A model generated the notes under the pieces. It searched no databases, was not told the DNA's origin, and was given only the letters and a program-made list of their open reading frames with translations. Source: an uncultured Prochlorococcus sp. (GTDB taxonomy: Bacteria; Cyanobacteriota; Cyanobacteriia; PCC-6307; Cyanobiaceae). Taken from it: a stretch of DNA of 64,000 nucleotides. Location of the stretch: the NCBI GenBank assembly GCA_902572075.1, contig CACGER010000005.1, positions 5,590 to 69,589 of the forward strand, given 5' to 3'. How positions within the stretch are numbered: the first letter of the stretch is position 1; each line of letters begins with the position of its first letter. Below, one piece after another: positions 20,915 to 31,313 of this stretch. Position numbers and translations under genes: made by a program.

Positions 20915-22502
20915 CTTTTAATTCCAAATTCTTTAGTTCTTTTATTACATTACGGCATAATCCTAAGTTCCATTTTTCAAGAAGAAGATCATGGTTTCTA
21001 TCTAAAGGTAAAAGTTGAAATATAAGATTATTTTCCTGCAATTTTATTTGAACTGAGGAGATCACCTTGTCAGGTCTTTGATCAAGAGCTGCTGCTAGTC
21101 TCAGGATTAATGACATTTCAAGAACTAATGTTTTATCTTCTTTGGATATTAAATTTTGCCAAGACTCATGTCTTTTCTTGGGTAGAGTTTTTCTATGGTA
21201 CCTAGCAATTGAAGCAATAATATTTGTTTCTGCTTCAGAATATCCCAACAACTCACAATTTTTTATTAAGTACCAAGAGTGTTTGTGATATGAACCAACA
21301 TTCACATATTTCCCACAACTATAAAGATTAGAAGCTGCCCAAAGAAGTTCTTTAGCTTTAGGGTCATTATCGCTATGAAAGATATTTTTAGTCTGATCAT
21401 AGATTTGAAAGGCAATATCAATAACTTTCTCAGCTCTTGTATTATCTACTCCAAACTTTCTGGCCTGATGAACTATAGTTGTTTTTCTAATATTGCCTTG
21501 AATATTTAACTCATTTTTAATTATCCCTTTACGAAGCATCCAATCCACAACCAAACCCTCTCGAAGCGCCCTCTCACTTATTATTAATTCATCAAAGTTC
21601 AACATCTCCATTGCGGTGTTTAATATCAATGCTCCTGGAATAATTATTTCTGCTCTTCTCTCACTTAATGAAGGTATTTTCTTGATTTCCGAAACTGGCA
21701 ATTTAATTAGTTTTTCCAATACATTTTGTAAATTTTCCCTTTTGAATTTATAACCATGCAACTTTTGTTTAGATTCTCCTAAATCATCTGAAATCAAATT
21801 TCCTAATGAGGTTGCAGTGCCACTTGTTGCAATCATAGATAAAGGCTTATCTCCCTTAGATCTACTCTTTATTTTTCGAACAGATGGTTCTAAAGATCCT
21901 TTAATAAAAGTTTTTAAAAAACTCGATCTTTCTGAAGTTATAGACCCTTTATTTAAAAAATCATTTTTAAGTCTTACCGCTCCAATTCTCGAACTGGTAA
22001 GAGCTATAGCATCTTTTTTATCTGCAAGTATTAATTCTGTAGATCCTCCTCCAATATCTATGACTACAAAAGACTGATCTTCAAAAGACATCCCAGAAAG
22101 AACACCAAGGTAAATTAATCTGGCTTCCTCAGAACCACTTATCATTTCTATTTTAATATCAGTTTCATCAAGAACTCTTCTAATAAAATCTTGACCGTTT
22201 GGAGCTTCCCTAACTGCACTTGTTGCTGCTGTTACGATTTGTTTTACTCCATTACTTTTACAATATTCCTTAAATCGCTTAAGAGTAACTAATGCCCTTT
22301 GGATTGATTCTTCAGTAAGATTACCCTCCTCATCTCTTTCTCCAAGACGAGTGGTTGATTTATCAGTAAATTTTATTGAAAATGATTTTAATTCTAGATT
22401 AATTTCTGCTACCAAGAGATGTGTAGAGTTAGTTCCAATATCTATAGAAGCTACTAAAATTTGCTTTTCTTGAAAATATCTTAAATCTTGTTTCAGTATC
22501 AT
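20907..22502 (-). CDS. ppx: Ppx/GppA exopolyphosphatase
   Basis: IDIGTNS, ATSAVREA, EEARL, DIGGGSTE, ALREG and an HD-like C-terminal domain. Confidence 0.94.
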   Translation of the reverse strand: MILKQDLRYFQEKQILVASIDIGTNSTHLLVAEINLELKSFSIKFTDKSTTRLGERDEEGNLTEESIQRALVTLKRFKEYCKSNGVKQIVTAATSAVREAPNGQDFIRRVLDETDIKIEMISGSEEARLIYLGVLSGMSFEDQSFVVIDIGGGSTELILADKKDAIALTSSRIGAVRLKNDFLNKGSITSERSSFLKTFIKGSLEPSVRKIKSRSKGDKPLSMIATSGTATSLGNLISDDLGESKQKLHGYKFKRENLQNVLEKLIKLPVSEIKKIPSLSERRAEIIIPGALILNTAMEMLNFDELIISERALREGLVVDWMLRKGIIKNELNIQGNIRKTTIVHQARKFGVDNTRAEKVIDIAFQIYDQTKNIFHSDNDPKAKELLWAASNLYSCGKYVNVGSYHKHSWYLIKNCELLGYSEAETNIIASIARYHRKTLPKKRHESWQNLISKEDKTLVLEMSLILRLAAALDQRPDKVISSVQIKLQENNLIFQLLPLDRNHDLLLEKWNLGLCRNVIKELKNLELKVI

Positions 22503-22606
22503 TTCTTTTTATAAGACGAAGATATCTTTAATCCATTAATAAATATACCCAACATTGATTATTAAATAATAGAAATCATTTAATCCTAGTAAGATTATTT
22601 AAAGTT

Positions 22607-23515
22607 ATGAAATATACAATAGGTCATATGCAAAATAAAAATCGACAAATTAAATTAAGTACTTTTTTTGAATTATTAAGGTGGAATAAGCCGACTGGAA
22701 GAATGATCTTACTTATTCCTGCTGGATGGAGTTTATATTTAACTCCAGATGCTAATCCAACATTTTTAATGTTGCTAAGAATAATACTGGGAGGACTACT
22801 AGTAAGTGGATTAGGCTGTGTGGTTAATGATATTTGGGACAAAAAAATTGATCAAAGAGTTGTTAGGACAAAAAATAGACCTCTAGCTGCAAATAAAATC
22901 GGTCTTAAAACAGCTTATTCAATTCTTTTCTTTTTAATTTTATGTAGCTTCTTTCTAACTTTGTCACTACCTCAGCCTGGAAGAATCCTTTCAATTTCAC
23001 TTGCTTTTTTAGCTTTACCTATCATTTTAATTTATCCTTCTGCTAAAAGATGGTTTAAATATCCTCAATTAATCTTATCCATATGCTGGGGTTTTGCTGT
23101 CTTAATTCCCTGGGCCGCAAATGAAGGCAATTTAAATAGTATTGTTTTACTATTTTGTTGGCTAGCTACCATTTTTTGGACTTTTGGCTTTGACACGATT
23201 TATGCTTTAGCAGATAAAAAATTTGATATCAAAATTGGAATTAATAGTTCCGCAGTTAACCTCCAGAACAATACAAGAATAACCATTCAAATTTGTTATT
23301 TTTTAACTTCTTTTTTTCTCGCAATATGCGGATTTATTAATCAAATGGATTTTATTTTTTGGCCAATTTGGCTTGCAACGTCAATCTTAATGCAGAGAGA
23401 TATACTAAAAGTATTTCCTGAGGAAAAGCAATCAATAAAAAATATTGGCAATCACTTCAAAAATCAAGCAATTTATGGAGGAGTCATTTTATTAGGAATT
23501 ATTATTGCCTCATAA
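22607..23515 (+). CDS. ubiA: 4-hydroxybenzoate polyprenyl (solanesyl) transferase
   Basis: RWNKP.G, NDIWD..ID..V.RT..RPL, DTIYA..D...D. Confidence 0.92.
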   Translation: MKYTIGHMQNKNRQIKLSTFFELLRWNKPTGRMILLIPAGWSLYLTPDANPTFLMLLRIILGGLLVSGLGCVVNDIWDKKIDQRVVRTKNRPLAANKIGLKTAYSILFFLILCSFFLTLSLPQPGRILSISLAFLALPIILIYPSAKRWFKYPQLILSICWGFAVLIPWAANEGNLNSIVLLFCWLATIFWTFGFDTIYALADKKFDIKIGINSSAVNLQNNTRITIQICYFLTSFFLAICGFINQMDFIFWPIWLATSILMQRDILKVFPEEKQSIKNIGNHFKNQAIYGGVILLGIIIAS

Positions 23516-23524
23516 ATTCTAAAT

Positions 23525-24394
23525 ATGGTTTTTAGATTAAAAAAAGGAGATTTAATAGATATTTTAGCTCCAGGCTCCTTTATTGATGAAGACGAAAATT
23601 TTCAAAAAGGCATAGAAATCTTAAAAAACTGGGGTTTGGAAATTAATGAAAATAATTCTCTATCAAAAAAATTTGGTTATTTTGCAGGCGATGATCTAAC
23701 TCGATTTGAGGAACTTGAAAAAGCACAAAATAGTAAGCTAATCATTTTTGCAAAAGGAGGCTGGGGTTCAGCAAGACTTCTAGAAAAAGAACCTTCTTGG
23801 CAGCATGGTTTAATGCTTGGATTCTCAGATACATGTTCTTTATTACTATCTAAATATTCTCAAGGATTTATAGGTTCTATCCATGGCCCCATGGTTACTA
23901 GCCTTTTCAAAGAACCAGAGTGGAGTCTTGAGAGATTAAGAAATTTACTTTTTGAGGGATATGTTGAGGACATAATAGGAATCCCTTTAAGAGGTGGGAA
24001 AGCGAAAGGAGAGATAATAGTTTCTAACTTAACTATTGCTACTTTTTTAATTGGTACTAATCACTTTCCAGATTGCAAAGGCAAAATAATAATTTTTGAA
24101 GACATTAATGAAGATATTTATAAAATTGATCGCATGTTGACTTACCTTAGGATAACTAAAACAATTTCTGAAATTGCGGGTATTGGATTTGGAAGTTTTT
24201 CTAATGATTCCTGCGACCTTGAATGGAAAGATTTACTAAAAAACTGCATTATTGAAAGACTTCAAGAGTTCGATTTTCCTATTCTTTTTGATCTCCCAAT
24301 AGGCCACATATCAGGGAATGCATGCATCCCGTTAGGGTATGAAGCAACCTTAAATGGTGACAACGGCATTCTTAGTATCGATAACCCTTTTTAA
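23525..24394 (+). CDS. LD-carboxypeptidase (peptidase S66)
   Basis: AG.D..R, GGWG, GFSD, HGP, FEDINE, IDRML, PIGH. Confidence 0.88.
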   Translation: MVFRLKKGDLIDILAPGSFIDEDENFQKGIEILKNWGLEINENNSLSKKFGYFAGDDLTRFEELEKAQNSKLIIFAKGGWGSARLLEKEPSWQHGLMLGFSDTCSLLLSKYSQGFIGSIHGPMVTSLFKEPEWSLERLRNLLFEGYVEDIIGIPLRGGKAKGEIIVSNLTIATFLIGTNHFPDCKGKIIIFEDINEDIYKIDRMLTYLRITKTISEIAGIGFGSFSNDSCDLEWKDLLKNCIIERLQEFDFPILFDLPIGHISGNACIPLGYEATLNGDNGILSIDNPF

Positions 24395-25066
24395 CTAGGA
24401 GTTCTTCACAAAAAGTTTTGCTATTTTCAAATCTATAGGGGATGTAATTTTTATATTTGAATAAGTTCCTTCAATAATCTTCACTTTCCAATTAAGCATT
24501 TCGAATAGAGAAGCATCATCTGTGACTTTCCAGTTTTTATCAATTGCCATCTTATGAGCTTTTTTTAATCTGTTTACTAAAAAACCCTGAGGAGTTTGCG
24601 CTGCCCATAAATAATTTCTGTCAGGTGTTTCTTTAATAAAACCTTCATTATCAACAATCTTTATAGTGTCTGTTACCTTGGTAGCTAAAATTACAGCTTC
24701 ATTTTCATCTAATTGTTTGGCACAAAGGTCTATCAATTCAGGATTAATTAGACATCTAGCGCCATCATGTATTAAAACTTTTTCAGCATCTTTTGGTAAC
24801 GCTTTTAAACCATTAAAAACTGACTGTTGTCTGGTGTCACCACCATTAATCCAATGAACTTTATGAGCAAAATCCTTAGCTGAATTTAGTAATAAGTTTT
24901 TGTCTTTCGGTTGCCCAATTATTCCAACCCAGTTTGTTGAGCTTGCAGAAAATACAGATTTAAGTGTCCAATAAATCAAAGACTCTCCCTCTAAATCAAT
25001 AAGTAATTTATTTTTTCCAGCTTTCATTCTGCTACCACTTCCTGCGGCTGGTATTAAAAAGTGCAC
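24395..25066 (-). CDS. ispD: 2-C-methyl-D-erythritol 4-phosphate cytidylyltransferase
   Basis: PAAGSGSRM, GG.TRQQSV, HDGARC, AQTPQ, TDDAS, NIKIT. Confidence 0.97.
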   Translation of the reverse strand: MHFLIPAAGSGSRMKAGKNKLLIDLEGESLIYWTLKSVFSASSTNWVGIIGQPKDKNLLLNSAKDFAHKVHWINGGDTRQQSVFNGLKALPKDAEKVLIHDGARCLINPELIDLCAKQLDENEAVILATKVTDTIKIVDNEGFIKETPDRNYLWAAQTPQGFLVNRLKKAHKMAIDKNWKVTDDASLFEMLNWKVKIIEGTYSNIKITSPIDLKIAKLFVKNS

Positions 25067-25158
25067 AATAGAAGGACTTAATATTTTCTAGACAATTATA
25101 AATAAAAGCAATATCTTTACACAAATAGTACTACGATTGAAAATTATAAAATTTCATA

Positions 25159-25908
25159 ATGTCCAATACAGATTCATTATCAGGCAAAGTTGCTTTAATC
25201 ACTGGAGCTAGCAGAGGAATTGGTAAAGAAATTGCTTTAGAACTAAGCCGCTTAGGAGCAGAAGTTTTTATTAATTACTCTTCTTCTGATGAAAAAGCTG
25301 AAGAAGTTGTAAATTCAATAAAAAATTCGGGAGGTAAAGCTCATAAATTAAAATTTGATGTATCAAGAGAGGATTCTGTCAGTTCAGCTTTTGAAGAAAT
25401 CATAAAAATTAATGGTTCCATTGATATTCTTATTAACAATGCTGGTATTACTAGAGATGGACTATTGATGAGAATGAAATCGGAACAATGGGATGATGTT
25501 TTAAATACAAACTTAAAAGGGGTTTTTCTTTGTACAAAATATGCTTCAAAATTTATGATGAAAAAAAGAAGTGGAAGTATCGTAAATATTTCATCTGTTG
25601 TTGGAATAATTGGTAATCCCGGTCAAGCAAATTATTCTGCAGCTAAAGCTGGAGTTATTGGATTCACCAAAACTTGTGCTAAGGAATTTGCGACAAGAGG
25701 TATAAACGTAAATGCAATAGCTCCAGGCTTTATAGAAACAGAAATGACTGAAAAACTTAATACTGAAGAGATACTTAAAGTTATCCCTTTAGGGAAATTA
25801 GGAAGTTGTACTCAAATTGCAAACTTAGTGTCATTCTTAGTTTCAAGTGATGCAGGAAGTTACATTACAGGGCAAACAATCAGTATAGACGGGGGTATGA
25901 GTATTTAG
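25159..25908 (+). CDS. fabG: 3-oxoacyl-ACP reductase
   Basis: TGASRGIG, NNAGITRD, GQANYSAAKAG, PGFI.TEM. Confidence 0.96.
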   Translation: MSNTDSLSGKVALITGASRGIGKEIALELSRLGAEVFINYSSSDEKAEEVVNSIKNSGGKAHKLKFDVSREDSVSSAFEEIIKINGSIDILINNAGITRDGLLMRMKSEQWDDVLNTNLKGVFLCTKYASKFMMKKRSGSIVNISSVVGIIGNPGQANYSAAKAGVIGFTKTCAKEFATRGINVNAIAPGFIETEMTEKLNTEEILKVIPLGKLGSCTQIANLVSFLVSSDAGSYITGQTISIDGGMSI

Positions 25909-26088
25909 TTATGTACTTTCATAAGGCTGGCCTAATTCATCTCTCAACCTTCTAATTTTTTGTAAAAGTTTTAGTCTTCTACTTCTAGCAGTTAATGTTA
26001 AGAAAAATCTTAAAGGAAAGTATATTAGTGTCATAGCAATCGCGAGGATTGCAGTAAGAGTAAAAATAAGATTATTTGTTTCTTCCAT
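25909..26088 (-). CDS. Small membrane protein of unknown function (59 aa)
   Basis: Hand translation MEETNNLIFTLTAILAIAMTLIYFPLRFFLTLTARSRRLKLLQKIRRLRDELGQPYEST; TM helix plus basic amphipathic tail; fills the fabG-groEL gap. Confidence 0.7.
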   Translation of the reverse strand: MEETNNLIFTLTAILAIAMTLIYFPLRFFLTLTARSRRLKLLQKIRRLRDELGQPYEST

Positions 26089-26138
26089 AACTTAAAGATA
26101 CTCTTATTTGTGTTAATTTGTATGTCCTATTAAAAGAA

Positions 26139-26154
26139 ATTCGGCTTTCCCCAC
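26139..26154 (+). promoter_or_regulatory. K-box-like element upstream of groEL2
   Basis: ATTCGGCTTTCCCCAC versus the cyanobacterial K-box consensus GTTCGGNNANCCNNAC (2 mismatches); no CIRCE present. Confidence 0.5.
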
Positions 26155-26219
26155 TTAATTAAATATCCCTTAAAAAAGATTCTATGGGAGATTAGAATAA
26201 GACAAAAGATCGAGCAAAC

Positions 26220-27917
26220 ATGGCTAAACAGTTAAGTTTTTCTAATGAATCAAGAGAAGCGCTAGAAAAAGGTGTTAATTTCGTAGCTAATGCGGTAAAG
26301 GTTACTATTGGACCGAAGGCAAAAAACGTTGTAATAGAAAAGAAATTTGGTTCACCAGATATAGTAAGAGATGGATCTACAGTTGCTAAAGAGATCGAGA
26401 TTGAAAACCCTATTTCTAATTTAGGTGCGAAATTAATAGAACAAGTTGCATCCAAGACAAAAGAGAGTGCTGGTGATGGAACAACAACAGCAACCATTTT
26501 AGCTCAGAAGATGGTTCAGGAGGGATTAAAAAATATTGCTTCTGGGGCCAACCCTATGGAGTTAAAAAAAGGTATGGAGTCAGGCCTTGCTTTTGTCTTA
26601 GAAAAATTAAGCTCCAAAAGTATTTCATTAAATGGTTCTGATATCCAAAAAGTTGCAACAGTTAGTGCTGGAGGTGATGAAGAAATTGGATCTATAATTT
26701 CGAAAGCAATGGATATTGTTACTTCAGATGGTGTAATAACTGTCGAAGAATCTCAATCACTAGAAACAGAATTAGATATAACTGAAGGTATGTCTTTTGA
26801 TAGAGGTTATAGTTCTCCATATTTCGTAACAGACCAAGAAAGACAAGTTTGTGAACTTGAAAATCCTAAAATATTGATAACTGATCAAAAAGTATCAACC
26901 TTAGTTGATCTAGTTCCAATACTTGAAGAAATTCAGAAGTCAGGCTCACCTTTTCTAATTCTTGCTGAAGATATCGAAGGAGAGGCTTTAACCACTCTGG
27001 TTTTGAATAAGAATAGTGGGGTTTTAAATGTAGCTTCCGTAAGAGCTCCGTTATTTGGTGAGAGAAGAAAAGCTGCCCTTGAAGATATTGCAATTCTTAC
27101 AGGGGCTAAGTTAATTAGCGAAGATAAATCGATGACACTTGATAAAGTATCGATTAATGATTTAGGCAAAGCAAAAAAAATAACTATCACAAAGGATAAA
27201 ACTACAATTGTTGCCTTCGAAGACACTAAAGATTTAGTTAAAGCTCGAGTAGAGAAATTAAAGAGAGAAGTTAATATAACTGAATCCGAGTATGATCAGG
27301 ATAAAATCAATGAAAGGATAGCCAAACTAGCCGGAGGAGTAGCTCTTATCAAAGTAGGAGCCGCTACAGAAACAGAGATGAAGTATAAAAAGTTGAGAAT
27401 CGAAGATTCCCTTAATGCTACGAAAGCTGCTATTGAAGAGGGTGTTGTTTCTGGAGGAGGACAAACTTTAATTGAAATATCAGATGACCTTTTAAAATTA
27501 AGTGAAACATCTTCAGATGATTTAAGAACGGGGATAAATATAGTTAAGGAAGCCCTTTTGGAACCTACCAAACAAATAGCAAAAAATGCTGGTTTTAATG
27601 GTGATGTAGTTGTTGCTGAAATTCAAAGGCTTAACAAAGGCTTTAATGCTAATTCAGGACAATATGAGGATTTAAAAGATTCAGGAATATTAGATCCAAC
27701 CAAAGTAATAAGATTAGCTCTTCAAGATTCAGTATCTATTGCGGCTATGCTCCTCACAACAGAAGTTGCGATGGCCGACATCCCTGAACCTGAATCCGCA
27801 GCCCCTGGAGGACCAGGAGGAGATCCAATGGGGGGAATGGGTGGCATGGGAATGCCAGGAATGGGTGGCATGGGAATGCCAGGAATGGGTGGCATGGGAA
27901 TGCCGGGTATGATGTAA
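26220..27917 (+). CDS. groEL: Chaperonin GroEL (monocistronic groEL2)
   Basis: [33 protein letters not shown] tail; no groES upstream. Confidence 0.98.
   Translation: MAKQLSFSNESREALEKGVNFVANAVKVTIGPKAKNVVIEKKFGSPDIVRDGSTVAKEIEIENPISNLGAKLIEQVASKTKESAGDGTTTATILAQKMVQEGLKNIASGANPMELKKGMESGLAFVLEKLSSKSISLNGSDIQKVATVSAGGDEEIGSIISKAMDIVTSDGVITVEESQSLETELDITEGMSFDRGYSSPYFVTDQERQVCELENPKILITDQKVSTLVDLVPILEEIQKSGSPFLILAEDIEGEALTTLVLNKNSGVLNVASVRAPLFGERRKAALEDIAILTGAKLISEDKSMTLDKVSINDLGKAKKITITKDKTTIVAFEDTKDLVKARVEKLKREVNITESEYDQDKINERIAKLAGGVALIKVGAATETEMKYKKLRIEDSLNATKAAIEEGVVSGGGQTLIEISDDLLKLSETSSDDLRTGINIVKEALLEPTKQIAKNAGFNGDVVVAEIQRLNKGFNANSGQYEDLKDSGILDPTKVIRLALQDSVSIAAMLLTTEVAMADIPEPESAAPGGPGGDPMGGMGGMGMPGMGGMGMPGMGGMGMPGMM
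27834..27905 (+). repeat. 3 x 24-bp tandem repeat encoding the GroEL (GMGGMGMP)n tail
   Basis: GGAATGGGTGGCATGGGAATGCCA at 27834, 27858 and 27882 (last base differs in copy 3). Confidence 0.95.
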
Positions 27918-27935
27918 AAGCTAACTAGCTTTTTT
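27916..27935. terminator. Possible terminator overlapping the groEL and convergent gene stops
   Basis: AAAAGCT-aact-AGCTTTT followed by further Ts. Confidence 0.4.
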
Positions 27936-28376
27936 ATCGTTGTTAATCCACTTTCTTAAATTTTTAATATAAGGTAGGGGTAATTTTGGGGTTTCAGTAA
28001 ATTGATTTATTTTTTTAGAATTTTGATTTTTTCTAGATATCTCATTGCTTCTAGCAGTTTTCAGGCCATTTGATTCCATCTTTGTTTCTTCAATATTTTC
28101 AAAAGTTTTTGATAATTCAAGCTTAATTTGTTCTTGATTTTCTTCATGCACATTATCAATTAAAGAGATCTGTTCTTGATTTTCTTCATGAATTTCATCA
28201 ATTAAAGAGATCTGTTCTTGATTTTCCTTTTCTAGTGAACTATGGATTAATAAATCATTTAATGAATCAATCCCAAATCTATGGACCCACTTAATAATTA
28301 TATTTTCTTTAAGCAAAAAATTATTTTCTAAAGAGGCTTGTTTAAAAACTTCTGTTAGATGTTTTTTTAAAAGCAT
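27921..28376 (-). CDS. Hypothetical protein with internal 14-aa repeats
   Basis: ORF downstream of the ABC permease; KWVHRFG N-terminal and LRKW C-terminal segments flank a low-complexity repeat linker. Confidence 0.7.
   Translation of the reverse strand: MLLKKHLTEVFKQASLENNFLLKENIIIKWVHRFGIDSLNDLLIHSSLEKENQEQISLIDEIHEENQEQISLIDNVHEENQEQIKLELSKTFENIEETKMESNGLKTARSNEISRKNQNSKKINQFTETPKLPLPYIKNLRKWINNDKKAS
28129..28226. repeat. 42-bp tandem repeat (~2.3 copies)
   Basis: TGTTCTTGATTTTC recurs at 28129, 28171 and 28213; encodes ENQEQISLID(E/N)(I/V)HE on the minus strand. Confidence 0.9.
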
Positions 28377-28383
28377 AAATTTA

Positions 28384-29208
28384 TTAATTTAACTTCTTAT
28401 TTAACAGAGGCCTTATGATAATCAAGGATAAAACTGTTAAAGAAAATAAAATTGATATACAACTCTTACAAGTTAAATCACCATATGGAGCATGTAAAGC
28501 CACTAATTCTAAATTCATAGTTTCTGTATAAGCAGTCCTAATAGGTTCGATCGCAAAAGTTAATGGATTTAATGAAGCCAACCACCCAAGCCAATTTGGC
28601 ATAAAAGAAATCGGAGCTAAAGCAGTACTCGCAAATAGAAGAGGTAAATTTATTACGAATATAAGAGCGATTAATTCAATATGTCCGGGCAAAACAAACG
28701 CTAAACATAAACTTATTGATGTCACAAAAAGAACTAATAAAATTAGTGTGGCAAAAACAATTCCTAAACCATATAAGTTGGGCCATCCATAACCCAAAAT
28801 GTATGAAACAACCATTATTACAATACTCTGAACAAAGCTCAAGATTGTAATGTAAAAAAAAGAAGATAAAACTATGGATAATCTACTGGTTAAAGGAGCC
28901 ACAAGTAATCTATTAAGAAATCCAAACTCTCTATCAAACATTAAAGGAAGACCAGAGTTTAGGGCTCCGCTAAAAGCAGTAAAAACAATAAGTCCTGCTC
29001 CTAAAAAATTCCCATAAGAATCAACGCCTGGTAAAAAACCTTCAGGAGCTTTAGAGAATAATGCCCCAAATAAAAAAAGCCAAATTATTGGTTGTAATAT
29101 TCCTGCTAAAAGAGTTGATGGTCTTCTTTTTAATTGAATAAATAATCTCTTTGTTAAGGCAAATGTTTCTTGATATAAAAAAAATAAATTATACTGTTTT
29201 AATTCCAT
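28384..29208 (-). CDS. ABC-2 type transporter permease
   Basis: QP.IWL.LFG, DREFGFL.RLL.AP, NPLT patterns. Confidence 0.9.
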   Translation of the reverse strand: MELKQYNLFFLYQETFALTKRLFIQLKRRPSTLLAGILQPIIWLFLFGALFSKAPEGFLPGVDSYGNFLGAGLIVFTAFSGALNSGLPLMFDREFGFLNRLLVAPLTSRLSIVLSSFFYITILSFVQSIVIMVVSYILGYGWPNLYGLGIVFATLILLVLFVTSISLCLAFVLPGHIELIALIFVINLPLLFASTALAPISFMPNWLGWLASLNPLTFAIEPIRTAYTETMNLELVALHAPYGDLTCKSCISILFSLTVLSLIIIRPLLNKKLN

Positions 29209-29255
29209 ATTTAGCAGTAATTAGTATTCATTATAGTTAGTTAACCAAAATTTTT

Positions 29256-30275
29256 TTATCGCATGGATTGCTTTGATTCTTTTTTTAGATCTCTTTTCCC
29301 TGCCATAGAAATTTCGGCATCCAATAATGTTTTTCCAGTTGCCTGAAGATATACATCATCCAAGCTTGGCTGACTTTGGGTAAGAGAAAAAATTTCAAAC
29401 TTTGAGAAAGCCAATTCCAATTTTAGCTTCGTAAGTAAATCTTTTTCCTTATCTGCCACAAAATTTATTGAGAAGCCTTGAGCTTCATTTATGATAATCT
29501 GACTAATTCCATCTATTGAAGATAAAATTTGACATATATTTTTTGCTTCTTCCTGATTACTAAATTCTCTTACTTTCAAAGTTACTCTATCTCCTCCTAA
29601 TTTATTTTTGAGTTCTAAAGGAGCCCCTTGTGCTATAACTCTTCCATCATCAATTATCACTAATCTGTCTGCCAATTTATCTATTTCATCAAGATAGTGA
29701 CTGCTTAAAATAATAGTCATACCATTATTTCTCAAATCTTTCAAAAGTTGCCATATAATATTTCTACTTTCAATATCTAAACCTACTGTAGGTTCATCCA
29801 AAATTAATACTTGGGGTAAATGTAAAAGTCCAGCTGCCAGATCTATTCTTCTTTTCATTCCCCCTGAATAAGTTCCGCACTTACGATCAATCCAATCATT
29901 CATTTCTAATTGATCTATTAATTTCTTTATCCTTTCAAATTTTTTGTTTTTGTTGATGTGATATAAATCTGATTGAAAATCCAAAAGCTCTCGTCCAGTT
30001 AATATTTTATCAAGTGCAATATCCTGGGCAACATAACCAATTAATTCTCTAATTTTTCCTGAATTTTTTATCAGATTAATATTATTTATAAAAACTTCTC
30101 CACTATCAGGCTCTATTAAAGTAGCAAGTATTTTTATTAGTGTTGATTTGCCAGCACCATTTGGACCTAGTATTCCAAATAATGTGCCAGCTTCAATTTC
30201 CATCGATAAATTTTTTAATGCCTTGATATCTGAATAAGATTTTGAGAGCCCTTTAACTTTTATATAATTCATCAA
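29256..30275 (-). CDS. ABC-2 type transporter ATP-binding protein (DrrA-like)
   Basis: GPNGAGKST, YSGGMKRR, LDEPTVGLD, SHY. Confidence 0.92.
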   Translation of the reverse strand: MMNYIKVKGLSKSYSDIKALKNLSMEIEAGTLFGILGPNGAGKSTLIKILATLIEPDSGEVFINNINLIKNSGKIRELIGYVAQDIALDKILTGRELLDFQSDLYHINKNKKFERIKKLIDQLEMNDWIDRKCGTYSGGMKRRIDLAAGLLHLPQVLILDEPTVGLDIESRNIIWQLLKDLRNNGMTIILSSHYLDEIDKLADRLVIIDDGRVIAQGAPLELKNKLGGDRVTLKVREFSNQEEAKNICQILSSIDGISQIIINEAQGFSINFVADKEKDLLTKLKLELAFSKFEIFSLTQSQPSLDDVYLQATGKTLLDAEISMAGKRDLKKESKQSMR

Positions 30276-30311
30276 ACTTAATTTTTACTTAAAAAACATT
30301 TTACATCTAAT

Positions 30312-31313
30312 TTAATTACTAAGTAGGGATACTATAGAGAAAAATATTTGCATTGATTGCTGCTCAAATTCTACGGATAGTTGGGTTCTTGAAATTAATA
30401 ACAAAAGACAAATACCAAACATATAGAGAATAGACCACCTAAAAAGAGACTTTGCTCTTGAAAGATCTTCAGGAGATTTCTTTAATTTATTTATTAATTG
30501 CAAAAGTCTTCCATTAAATGGCAATAACATAATTCCGTATAATAAGCCCCCTTCAGGTAAAGCAAAGACTCCCATAATACTCATTAAAACCGTTGCCCAT
30601 CCGTAACGAGAAATCGCTTTAGCAGTAAAAACAGATCCTTTAACAGAAGGGAGCATAGGAATACCAACAGATGCGTAATCATCCTTCAACAAAATTGCAA
30701 GTGCCCAAAAATGAGCTGGGGTCCATAACATTACCAAACCAAACAACCACCAACCACTTAGACCTACATGCCCTGTGGCAGCAGATGCTCCAACTAAAGG
30801 CGGTATCGCACCAGCAACTCCTCCGAAAACAATATTTTTTGTTGTACGAGGTTTCAAAATAACTGTATATAAAATTACGTAGCTAAATAAACCAAGAAGG
30901 GTTAATCCCGCAGCCAAATAATTTACACCACTTACTAAAAGCATCGAAGCTGCCAAAGTACATGATACTGCAGCTAAAAATACAGTCTCAGAAGACAACT
31001 TTCCTGCTGGCAAGGCTCTTTTGCTAGTTCTTATCATCCTTTTATCTAATTCCATTTCCCACAAGCAATTAAGAGCTCCTGCTGCTGCTGCTGCCAAAGC
31101 GCCGCCTCCTAAAGTACAGATAAGCTTCGGTGAAGACAAAGGCCATTCCTCTGTTAAAGCCATTCCTCCCAAAGTTGTGGCTAGTAAAAGTGGAATTAAT
31201 CTAGGTTTTGCCACTTCAAGCCAAGGGGGCAAAGTTAATCTTTTTCTTGAAGGTACAACTTCATCCCTAATTGAAGATCTATAGTTCAAGTTTTCTAAGT
31301 TACTACTGTTCAT
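30312..31313 (-). CDS. ctaB: Heme o synthase (protoheme IX farnesyltransferase)
   Basis: [22 protein letters not shown]...GIPMLP. Confidence 0.95.
   Translation of the reverse strand: MNSSNLENLNYRSSIRDEVVPSRKRLTLPPWLEVAKPRLIPLLLATTLGGMALTEEWPLSSPKLICTLGGGALAAAAAGALNCLWEMELDKRMIRTSKRALPAGKLSSETVFLAAVSCTLAASMLLVSGVNYLAAGLTLLGLFSYVILYTVILKPRTTKNIVFGGVAGAIPPLVGASAATGHVGLSGWWLFGLVMLWTPAHFWALAILLKDDYASVGIPMLPSVKGSVFTAKAISRYGWATVLMSIMGVFALPEGGLLYGIMLLPFNGRLLQLINKLKKSPEDLSRAKSLFRWSILYMFGICLLLLISRTQLSVEFEQQSMQIFFSIVSLLSN

Noticed and set aside
26090-26219. CIRCE element before groEL
   Set aside because: The TTAGCACTC/GAGTGCTAA inverted repeat is absent.
26192-27571. Several minus-strand ORFs (75-101 aa) opposite groEL
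   Set aside because: Antisense frames produced by the codon bias of a conserved gene.
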